From Clostridia bacterium (GTDB lineage Bacteria; Bacillota; Clostridia; Christensenellales; UBA1242), in NCBI GenBank assembly GCA_046881985.1, contig JBKSMV010000014.1, forward strand, positions 1 to 29,378: DNA of 29,378 nt, written 5' to 3'. Positions 16,479 through 23,681 of this stretch are shown here, one piece after another. Position numbers and translations under genes: made by a program. Every line of letters starts with the position of its first letter. Position 1 is the stretch's first letter. The notes below the pieces were generated by a model that did not search any database, was not told the DNA's origin, and saw nothing but the letters and a program-made list of their open reading frames with translations.

Positions 16479-17354
16479 ATGTCAAATCTATTAAATTTTT
16501 TCGCAAATAACTGGTATTGGATTCTTGGCGCAATTACTTTGATGATTTTGGTTTTGGTCATCATGTTGATTGTACTAGACAAAAAAGATATCAGATTGCA
16601 AGATGCGATTGAGGAGAAACGCATCCAAAAGCAAGCAGAGAAAAACGTTGCCAAAGCTGAAGTGGTATCTGCTCCAGTAGAGGAAGAAGTTCCTGCAGTA
16701 GTGGTAGAAAAGAAGCCAGTTGCAAAAGCACCTGCAAAGAAGCCTGCCGCTAAAAAACCAGTTGCTAAAAAAGCACCAGCTAAAAAACCTGCAACCAAGA
16801 AGCCTGCTCCAAAAGCAGAAGCCAAAGTTGTAGCAGAACCAGTAGTTGTGGCTCCAGTAGCAGAAGTCAAAGAAGAAGTTAAACCAGCCGCTAAGCCTGT
16901 AGCTAAAAAAGCTCCAGCAAAAGCTGCTGCTAAAAAGCCAGCTTCAAAGGTAGAAGCAAAGCCAGCAGCAAAAAAGGCTGAGCCAAAGAAAGTAGAAGCA
17001 AAACCAGTTGCTAAAGCCCCTGCTAAAGCTGCTGCTCCAAAAGCAGAAGTTAAGGTAGAAGCAAAAGCTGAAGCTAAGAAGCCAGTTGCTAAAAAAGCAG
17101 AGCCAAAGAAAGCAGAGGTAAAGGCAGAGCCAAAGAAAGCTGAAGCACCAAAGGCTCCAGCAAAAGCTGAAGCTAAGAAGCCAGCAGCTAAGGCTGTTAA
17201 AGCTCCTGCAAAGGCAGAAACAAAGCCAGCAGTAAAAAAGGCTGAGCCAAAGAAAGTAGAAGCAAAGCCAGTTGCTAAAGCACCTGCAAAGAAAACTACT
17301 ACTGCTAAAAAAGCACCTGCAAAGAAACCTGCAGCAAAAAAAGCTAGCAAATAG
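16479..17354 (+). CDS. Single-pass membrane protein with a long Lys/Ala/Pro/Glu-rich, histone-H1-like repetitive tail
   Basis: Promoter, SD and terminator bracket the ORF. N-terminal TM WYWILGAITLMILVLVIMLIVL, then repeated PAKK/KKPVAK/AEPKK units. Confidence 0.85.
   Translation: MSNLLNFFANNWYWILGAITLMILVLVIMLIVLDKKDIRLQDAIEEKRIQKQAEKNVAKAEVVSAPVEEEVPAVVVEKKPVAKAPAKKPAAKKPVAKKAPAKKPATKKPAPKAEAKVVAEPVVVAPVAEVKEEVKPAAKPVAKKAPAKAAAKKPASKVEAKPAAKKAEPKKVEAKPVAKAPAKAAAPKAEVKVEAKAEAKKPVAKKAEPKKAEVKAEPKKAEAPKAPAKAEAKKPAAKAVKAPAKAETKPAVKKAEPKKVEAKPVAKAPAKKTTTAKKAPAKKPAAKKASK
16971..17291 (+). repeat. Intragenic ~57-bp imperfect duplication (copies ~16971-17028 and ~17235-17291, offset 264 bp)
   Basis: AAAAAGGCTGAGCCAAAGAAAGTAGAAGCAAA(A/G)CCAGTTGCTAAAGC(C/A)CCTGC(T/A)AAG occurs twice; differences are at third codon positions. 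Confidence 0.85.
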
Positions 17355-17380
17355 TACACACAATTTTCAAATGTGAATAT

Positions 17381-17402
17381 AAAACACCGAAAGGTGTTTT
17401 TT
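17381..17402 (+). terminator. Intrinsic terminator between the Lys/Ala-rich gene and alr
   Basis: AAAACACC-GAAA-GGTGTTTT plus TT. Confidence 0.8.
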
Positions 17403-17405
17403 ATT

Positions 17406-18374
17406 ATGTATAATGAGTTGGTTATAGATTTACACAAAATAAAACAAAACATTCAAAAAATACGCAAACAAACCGATAAAAAGATTATTTCTGTAGTCAA
17501 GGCAGATGCATATGGTCACGGCGCAGTCATGGTGGCAACCTATATTCAAGACATCGTAGATATGTTGGCAGTTAGTAGTGTGGACGAAGCAAAAATCCTT
17601 GCCGACCATGGCATATACAAAGACATTTTGGTCTTGGCAGAAGCACAATACTTTTTGCAAGGTTATGACAATATAGTCTACATGGTTGACGACTGCAAAA
17701 ATCTGCCTAACAATGCACGAGTACATATAGCAGTCAATAGTGGTATGAATAGGTATGGTGTAGATAGTCGCCAAGATTTTATTAGCCTTGTACATAAACT
17801 CAATATTAATAATAACTCTATTGAAGGTGTGTTTACACATTTTTATAGCCATGACACACAAGATGTAAGCCAGCAGTTAGATAAGTTTAATGACATTACT
17901 TTAGATGCACAATTTCCTAGACACTTGTCAGCGAGCCATACGGCATTATTGGACATAGACCAAGACTACATTCGCTTGGGAATCTCACAATATCACAATG
18001 CCAAAAGTGTCAATTGTCGTGTGGTTAGGATTCATTCAGTCCATAAGGGCGACCACATAGGCTACAATCACACTCTCGCCCAAGAAGATATGGCTATTGC
18101 CGTGCTTTCTATAGGTTATGCAGACGGCATAGACTGCCGACTCAAAAATAACTGGCAAGTCCGCATCAATGGTAAATATTACCACCTTATAGGTGATATT
18201 TGCATGGATTGTTGCTTCGCAGTAGTAGATAGTGATGTAAAAGTTGGCGACCTTGTGCAGTTTGTAGATAGTACAAATAATCTCGCCAAAATGTCCAAAC
18301 GCATTGGCACTATCGAATACGAACTTATGTGCCGTCTTACTGGCGAAAGATACAAGAAAAAATATTTATTCTAA
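17406..18374 (+). CDS. alr: Alanine racemase
   Basis: PLP-lysine motif VVKADAYGHG, SGMNRYG, FTHF, IGYADG, IGDICMD, TIEYELMC. Start moved to ATG 17406 because the track's GTG extension spans the upstream terminator. Confidence 0.92.
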   Translation: MYNELVIDLHKIKQNIQKIRKQTDKKIISVVKADAYGHGAVMVATYIQDIVDMLAVSSVDEAKILADHGIYKDILVLAEAQYFLQGYDNIVYMVDDCKNLPNNARVHIAVNSGMNRYGVDSRQDFISLVHKLNINNNSIEGVFTHFYSHDTQDVSQQLDKFNDITLDAQFPRHLSASHTALLDIDQDYIRLGISQYHNAKSVNCRVVRIHSVHKGDHIGYNHTLAQEDMAIAVLSIGYADGIDCRLKNNWQVRINGKYYHLIGDICMDCCFAVVDSDVKVGDLVQFVDSTNNLAKMSKRIGTIEYELMCRLTGERYKKKYLF

Positions 18375-18408
18375 AAACCTTTTACCTATATGTTTATAGA
18401 AATTACGC

Positions 18409-18444
18409 AAAAGACCTTAACCCCCAAGTTTTAAGGTCTTTTTT
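18409..18444 (+). terminator. Intrinsic terminator after alr
   Basis: AAAAGACCTTAA, 10-nt loop, TTAAGGTCTTTT plus TT. Confidence 0.85.
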
Positions 18445-18469
18445 GTTTGTCAAAATGTAGTGATATAAT

Positions 18470-18498
18470 TTGCCAATATCTTGCAATTTTGTTATACT
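18470..18498 (+). promoter_or_regulatory. Sigma-A promoter of rsmD-ogg (leaderless or near-leaderless)
   Basis: TTGCCA, 17 nt, TG-extended TATACT (18493-18498); ATG 8 nt downstream with no SD. Confidence 0.65.
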
Positions 18499-18506
18499 AT
18501 GATAGT

Positions 18507-19049
18507 ATGAGAATTGTCGCAGGAAAATATCGTGGCACACATTTAGCCGAATTTAATTTTGACACGACCAAGCCAACACTTGATAGAGTGAGAGTGGCTA
18601 TTGGCAATATTTTGCAGTTCGATTTTATGGACGCTGTTGTGCTAGACCTGTTTTCTGGTAGTGGCTGGTTTGGACTGGAAGCATTGTCTAGGGGTGCGGA
18701 GCGAGTGTATTGTGTGGATAGCAACAAACAAGCCATCACCCTTATCAAACAAAACTTCACCAAGCTCAAACAAGACCCAAAGCAAATCTTTCACAGCGAC
18801 TACATGGACTTTTTGCATAGTGCAGTAGAGTCTGGCACAAAGTTTGACGTAATATTTCTAGACCCACCATATCAGACAGATTATGCACAAAAGGCGGTGG
18901 ACTATATACTCTCAAATGGTCTACTCAATCAAGGCGGAGTGATAATGCGAGAGAGCGATAGTGATTCACTACCACTTGTCGTTGACGACAAATATGATGT
19001 CAAAAGCCGAACTTACGGCACTCCAAGACTAGAATGGATAAGGATATAA
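18507..19049 (+). CDS. rsmD: 16S rRNA m2G966 methyltransferase
   Basis: MRIVAGKYRG, KPTLDRVR, LDLFSGSG, EALSRGA, IFLDPPY. Start moved to ATG 18507, the family's conserved N-terminus. Confidence 0.93.
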   Translation: MRIVAGKYRGTHLAEFNFDTTKPTLDRVRVAIGNILQFDFMDAVVLDLFSGSGWFGLEALSRGAERVYCVDSNKQAITLIKQNFTKLKQDPKQIFHSDYMDFLHSAVESGTKFDVIFLDPPYQTDYAQKAVDYILSNGLLNQGGVIMRESDSDSLPLVVDDKYDVKSRTYGTPRLEWIRI

Positions 19050-19050
19050 T

Positions 19051-19884
19051 ATGAGATATACAACCAATGACAACTCAATCAAAGTGCTCGACAAGACCGA
19101 GTTCAATCCGCAACAGATTTTGGAGTGTGGACAAGTTTTTAGATACCGCAAGACAGACGATGGCTATCAGGTGATATCTACTGACAAGAGAGCCAATATT
19201 GTAGAGAAAAAGGATTACTACATTATCTACACCAATGATGTGAGATATTTTGAGCAATACTTTGACTTGCATACAGATTATAGGCTCATCAAACTCAAAC
19301 TCAATCAACACGAGTGTATGCAAAAGCCAATACAATACGGCGCTGGCATACGACTACTCAAGCAAAACATATTCGAGATGATAGTGTCATTTATTATCTC
19401 TGCCAACAACAATATTCCTCGTATACAAAAGTCTATCGAAGCCTTGTGCGAGAAGTTCGGTACGAAATGTGGCGACTATTATGCATTCCCCACACTTTCA
19501 CAACTATCTAAAGGCAGTATAGAAGACTTCAAGACGGCAGGGCTTGGCTATAGAGCGGAGCAACTACACAAAACATTGAAAATGCTCAAGTTTATCAATT
19601 TAGAGCAGATGCGCACCTATACTTATGAAGACAAAAAAAAGTTTTTGCTCTCACTCTCTGGTGTGGGTGAAAAGGTGGCAGACTGCATTTTGCTCTTTGC
19701 ATACAATGAGATGAGTTCATTCCCAGTAGACACATGGATTGCCAAGTCATACAAGGCAATATTCGGCTCAGATGAAACCAATCGTGCCAAAATGCGCCAA
19801 GCGTTGTACGAGAAGTTTGGAGCATTGTCTGGTTATGCACAGCAGTATATCTTCTATTATTATCGAGATAACAAGTTATCATAA
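19051..19884 (+). CDS. 8-oxoguanine DNA glycosylase-like HhH-GPD glycosylase
   Basis: LECGQVFRY, GIRLLKQ, SANNNIPRI, AGLGYRA, HhH LSGVGEKVADC, FPVDTWI, GYAQQYIF. Confidence 0.88.
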   Translation: MRYTTNDNSIKVLDKTEFNPQQILECGQVFRYRKTDDGYQVISTDKRANIVEKKDYYIIYTNDVRYFEQYFDLHTDYRLIKLKLNQHECMQKPIQYGAGIRLLKQNIFEMIVSFIISANNNIPRIQKSIEALCEKFGTKCGDYYAFPTLSQLSKGSIEDFKTAGLGYRAEQLHKTLKMLKFINLEQMRTYTYEDKKKFLLSLSGVGEKVADCILLFAYNEMSSFPVDTWIAKSYKAIFGSDETNRAKMRQALYEKFGALSGYAQQYIFYYYRDNKLS

Positions 19885-19905
19885 AAGCAGGCAACTGCTT
19901 TTTTT
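19883..19905 (+). terminator. Intrinsic terminator after the glycosylase
   Basis: AAAAGCAG-GCAA-CTGCTTTT plus TTT. Confidence 0.85.
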
Positions 19906-19909
19906 ATCT

Positions 19910-19937
19910 TCATAATGAGCATATTCTCACATAAAAT
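19910..19937 (+). promoter_or_regulatory. Sigma-E-type promoter of yqfC-yqfD
   Basis: TCATAAT, 13 nt, CATAAAAT, immediately after the terminator; SD AGGTG. Confidence 0.6.
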
Positions 19938-19951
19938 ATACTAGGTGAAAT

Positions 19952-20212
19952 ATGTCTTTCAAAAATGAAATCAACCACATTCTCCACAAATATTTCAATA
20001 CGACCTTTAGCGACTATCGCTATACCGTCGTTGCAGGCAAAACTCTCTACCTAGAAGGTCACACTGGTATTGTATCTTTTGACGAAAAAGAGATAACTTT
20101 CCGTATCGGCAAGAAAGCCATTGCCATATTAGGCACCAATCTTAATGTTGCAGAGTTTGACAAAGATACCGCCGTTATTACTGGTGAAATCAAGGGTGTG
20201 GACGTACAATGA
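19952..20212 (+). CDS. yqfC: YabP/YqfC family sporulation protein
   Basis: 86 aa with LYLEGHTGIVSFDEKEI, AILGTNL, ITGEIKGV; upstream of a yqfD-like gene. Confidence 0.75.
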   Translation: MSFKNEINHILHKYFNTTFSDYRYTVVAGKTLYLEGHTGIVSFDEKEITFRIGKKAIAILGTNLNVAEFDKDTAVITGEIKGVDVQ

Positions 20213-21312
20213 GTGGGATTAGATTACGTATTACAGGGCTAAACTTTCAGCACTTTTTTGCACGTGCTAGGCGAGAGAATGTAGGCATACTATCAACCAA
20301 GCGTATTGATACCAAAACACTAGAAATAACTTTGGCTTTGGCAGACTATCCACGTATAAAGGACTACCTATATAAGTTTTTTAAGGTGGAAACAATAGGC
20401 TTCACAGGTAGACGAGCCATCAAGCTCCTGATAGTCAAAAATATAGGACTAGTTATAGGTATATTTATCGCCATACTTGGAGCATTGCTGTCTACACAAT
20501 TCGTTTGGCGAATAGAAGTCTATGGATTAGAAACAACTTCACGTACCACTATTATTACCGCACTTGATGCACACAATGTAAGAGTGGGACACTCCTTCAA
20601 TACAGATATTACCAGCCTAGAGAACTCTCTACTACAGCAGCTAGACACCATAGCAGACATCAGCATCACCAAACGTGGCACTACCATAATAGTATCTGTC
20701 AGTGAAAAACTTGTATTTTCGCCCACCACGTTTGACCCTATGTACAGCGATTATACCGGCATCGTCCAGTCGATAGAATTATCTTCTGGCACTTTGGCAG
20801 TAAATAGTGGGGACTTTGTGCACAGAGGCGACCCATTAGTCTTGCCATTCATTCTAGACAATGACGGCAGAGAAGTGAGTGTTCGACCTGTAGCCAAGGT
20901 GACCATTATGGCTCAAGTGACAGGGGTGTCAAGTGTGGCAAGCCGAGAAAAAGTTATCACTTATACAGGCAGAGAAGAGATAAGGTCGTATTACCAACTA
21001 GGCAAAATTAAATTAAAAAACACAAAAACCGCAAAACCATTCGACTTTTGTGACAAAATAGTCTATAATCAAACTATAACCAATGGCAACCTATTGCCTT
21101 TGTACAAGGTCAGCATAGTCTATAGAGAATACAAGATAGACTATATAGAGCGAAAATTGGCAGACATAGAAAAAGTTATTATACAAGAGAGTGTTGCCAA
21201 GGCCGAACAGCAGGTAATAGGCGATGCCATGACCAAAGAAACTAAAGTGATAGAAATCGCAGACATATATTATGCTACAACGACTATGACTTTTATCGTC
21301 GAACAAAGTTAG
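20209..21312 (+). CDS. yqfD: Sporulation protein YqfD family
   Basis: N-terminal soluble domain, TM (LVIGIFIAILGALLSTQFVWRIEVYG), POTRA-like region, lipoyl-like GIVQSIELSSGTLAVNSGDFVHRGDPLV; synteny yqfC-yqfD-ybeY. Confidence 0.78.
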   Translation: MSGIRLRITGLNFQHFFARARRENVGILSTKRIDTKTLEITLALADYPRIKDYLYKFFKVETIGFTGRRAIKLLIVKNIGLVIGIFIAILGALLSTQFVWRIEVYGLETTSRTTIITALDAHNVRVGHSFNTDITSLENSLLQQLDTIADISITKRGTTIIVSVSEKLVFSPTTFDPMYSDYTGIVQSIELSSGTLAVNSGDFVHRGDPLVLPFILDNDGREVSVRPVAKVTIMAQVTGVSSVASREKVITYTGREEIRSYYQLGKIKLKNTKTAKPFDFCDKIVYNQTITNGNLLPLYKVSIVYREYKIDYIERKLADIEKVIIQESVAKAEQQVIGDAMTKETKVIEIADIYYATTTMTFIVEQS

Positions 21313-21321
21313 GAGAACGAG

Positions 21322-21807
21322 ATGCTAAACATCAACAAAAGACTAAAACCAGAATTAATCCAAGGTATACACAAGGCGTACGAATACACTCTTGAATATT
21401 TGCATCAACCTATAGACCAAATAGCAGTCAATCTACACTTCTTGCCAGATAGCAAGATTAGGAAACTCAATCGTGACCATCGTGGCATTGACAAGACGAC
21501 TGACGTCCTCAGTTTCCCAATGACAGATACTGCGGCGGGAGATGTGTTGAATATTGCCGACTATCAGTACGAAGTAGATATCCACACAGGCGCACTTCTC
21601 TTGGGTGAGATATTTATCAGTCCAAAGGTGGCTCGCCGTCAAGCCAAAGAGTACGGACATTCACTTTTGAGAGAGATATGTTTCTTATTTTGCCATGGTA
21701 TGTTGCACATACTAGGCTATGACCATATTCAAGATGAAGATAGAAAAGTTATGGAAAAGTTGCAAGCCGAGATTATGAATGCTTGCGAAATCACAAGAGG
21801 AGAGTAA
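21322..21807 (+). CDS. ybeY: rRNA maturation endoribonuclease YbeY
   Basis: LNRDHRGIDKTTDVLSF, LGEIFIS, HGMLHILGYDH. Confidence 0.95.
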   Translation: MLNINKRLKPELIQGIHKAYEYTLEYLHQPIDQIAVNLHFLPDSKIRKLNRDHRGIDKTTDVLSFPMTDTAAGDVLNIADYQYEVDIHTGALLLGEIFISPKVARRQAKEYGHSLLREICFLFCHGMLHILGYDHIQDEDRKVMEKLQAEIMNACEITRGE

Positions 21808-21808
21808 T

Positions 21809-22720
21809 ATGAGCGAGTTTAAGAGCGGTTTTGTCACTATTTTAGGTCTTCCCAACGTTGGCAAAAGCACACTTATCAATAGATTGGTAGGCGAGAAGGT
21901 TGCCATTGTTTCACCAAAACCACAAACCACACGCAATAGCGCAGTAGGTGTCTATAATGATGACAATAGCCAGATTGTTTTTGTCGATACACCAGGCATA
22001 CACAAGTCTGTCAACAAAATCGACGAATACATGGAAGCGAGCATTAGTTCTGCTAGCCAAGATACCGACGTTTTACTATTCATGCTTTCTGCCAAAAAGC
22101 CACTTGCAGAGCAGTACGATATTCTCAGTGCAAAGTACAAGTCACACTCTGCACCACGAATTGTGGTCATTAATAAGATTGACGAAACGACGTATGAGAG
22201 AATGTATCCAATCCTTGCCGACTTTATGGCGAAATACAAAGTGGACGATATATTGCCACTAAGCGCACTTACAGGCAAAAATTGTGACGTACTTATAGAT
22301 ATGCTCAAAAAACACCTACCTTCTTACGATGCCCCAATGAGATATTACCCAGTTGAGCAATATACGGACAAGTCTGCTAGATACCTAGCCAGCGAAATCA
22401 TTAGGGAGAAGATTCTGCTCAACTATGACGAAGAAGTTCCACACGGAGTAGCAGTAGAGATTGCCAGTTTTGAAGAGAAAGACAATGTTTGCGTCATCAA
22501 TGCGGACATTATAGTCGAGCGAGACTCACACAAAGCCATCATTTTAGGACACAATGGCGAAGCCATCAAACGTCTAGCCACCATGGCACGTATGGAAATG
22601 CAAAAAGTGCTTGGAACTAAAATTTTCCTAGAACTTTTTGTCAAAGTCAAAAAAGACTGGCGAGACAACTCTAAACTGGTCACCGAACTTGGATACGACA
22701 TAAAAAGCCTAAAAGATTAA
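21809..22720 (+). CDS. era: GTPase Era
   Basis: FKSGFVTILGLPNVGKST, PQTTR, DTPG, NKID, KH domain EVPH...ILGHNG. Start moved to ATG 21809 (SD AGGAG). Confidence 0.96.
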   Translation: MSEFKSGFVTILGLPNVGKSTLINRLVGEKVAIVSPKPQTTRNSAVGVYNDDNSQIVFVDTPGIHKSVNKIDEYMEASISSASQDTDVLLFMLSAKKPLAEQYDILSAKYKSHSAPRIVVINKIDETTYERMYPILADFMAKYKVDDILPLSALTGKNCDVLIDMLKKHLPSYDAPMRYYPVEQYTDKSARYLASEIIREKILLNYDEEVPHGVAVEIASFEEKDNVCVINADIIVERDSHKAIILGHNGEAIKRLATMARMEMQKVLGTKIFLELFVKVKKDWRDNSKLVTELGYDIKSLKD

Positions 22721-22748
22721 GTATAAAGGTTGTCCCATTTCATATAAT
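22721..22748 (+). promoter_or_regulatory. Sigma-E-type promoter of the yqzL-like gene
   Basis: GTATAAA, 13 nt, CATATAAT. Confidence 0.6.
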
Positions 22749-22768
22749 AAAACAAAAAGGAGATGGGT

Positions 22769-22918
22769 ATGAAAGAAACAAAACCGCAATCAGCAGGTGC
22801 AATCTGCAAAAAACTTTTTCGAGGCACAGGGCAAATCAACTATTATATGCTCTACAAGGCTATCGAAGAGAGTGGTAAAGAGCGAAACAACGACAACAAT
22901 AACGAGATGACAAGATAA
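22769..22918 (+). CDS. YqzL-like small protein (49 aa, MKETKPQSAGAICKKLFRGTGQINYYMLYKAIEESGKERNNDNNNEMTR); absent from the ORF track
   Basis: SD AAGGAG 6 nt upstream; KLFxxTGxINYYMLYKxIE core; era-yqzL-recO position; TAATG overlap with recO. Confidence 0.8.
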   Translation: MKETKPQSAGAICKKLFRGTGQINYYMLYKAIEESGKERNNDNNNEMTR

Positions 22919-23589
22919 TGGAAACCATCACACGAGCGATATTATTAAATACACGAGATTACAAAGAAGCGGACAAACTTGCCACACTTTTTTCACGAGA
23001 ACTAGGCAAGATGAATGTTCGTTTTGTGGGTGTTGCCAAACCTAAAGCTAAACTCAAAGCCATAGCACAGCCATTTTCTCTAGCGGAGTATGAACTAATG
23101 CGTACTGGCGACTTTTACAAGGTGAAGACAGCCAAACTTTTGGACAACTATGCCAATATATTGACTGACTTCGAAGCAGTAAAATGTGGCTATGCAATGC
23201 TAGAAACTATTGACAAAGTGTTGCCAAACAACGAAGCCGAAGTCGAAGTTTTTGACACTTTGACCGCTTCACTAGATAGTTTGTGTCAGCCTGTAGACAA
23301 AAAAAGTGTGCTTATCAGCTTTTGGCTAGGATTTTGTAGTGCATTAGGCACACCAATTTTGAGTCCAGAGATTGATGCTAGTTATAAAAACTGCTATTTG
23401 GACACTATGAACGGCATCATCTCGCCAATTCGCCAGGCGGATTGTGTTGCGATAGACAATAGTGTATTGCAAACTTTGCTAGGCAATGGGCAAAAATATG
23501 ACAATGCCATCAACTTGCTATATCGCATATTAAAGATAAAATATGGCATCAATTTGCATAGTATGGAACTATTTTTCAACAATTTGTAA
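22918..23589 (+). CDS. recO: DNA repair protein RecO
   Basis: AILLNTRDYKEADKLATLFSRELGK, AKPKAKLKAIAQPFS; located after era. Confidence 0.88.
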   Translation: METITRAILLNTRDYKEADKLATLFSRELGKMNVRFVGVAKPKAKLKAIAQPFSLAEYELMRTGDFYKVKTAKLLDNYANILTDFEAVKCGYAMLETIDKVLPNNEAEVEVFDTLTASLDSLCQPVDKKSVLISFWLGFCSALGTPILSPEIDASYKNCYLDTMNGIISPIRQADCVAIDNSVLQTLLGNGQKYDNAINLLYRILKIKYGINLHSMELFFNNL

Positions 23590-23607
23590 AAAGTTATATA
23601 AATAAAC

Positions 23608-23630
23608 AAGCAATTCATTTGCTTTTTTTT
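23608..23630 (+). terminator. Probable intrinsic terminator after recO, overlapping the ppdK -35
   Basis: AAGCAA-TTCAT-TTGCTT plus a T run. Confidence 0.55.
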
Positions 23631-23647
23631 ACGCTTTGTAGTATATT
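23619..23647 (+). promoter_or_regulatory. Sigma-A promoter of ppdK
   Basis: TTGCTT, 17 nt, TATATT (23642-23647). Confidence 0.55.
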
Positions 23648-23681
23648 ATAAGAGTTAAAAATACGCTAAAAGGAAAAAAAT

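Noticed and set aside
16700-17350. Short nucleotide repeats resembling an array
   Set aside because: They are in-frame codon repeats with synonymous variation and no unique spacers, so this is not CRISPR.
16445-17452. 335-aa and 139-aa - strand ORFs opposite the Lys/Ala-rich gene
   Set aside because: These are shadow frames created by the low-complexity + strand codons. Promoter, SD and terminator all support the + strand gene.
18447-18506. N-terminal extensions in the ORF track for rsmD (also alr 17373, era 21779, RNHCP 26364 and rarA 28669)
   Set aside because: They run through promoters, terminators or upstream genes, and conserved family N-termini begin at the downstream ATGs.
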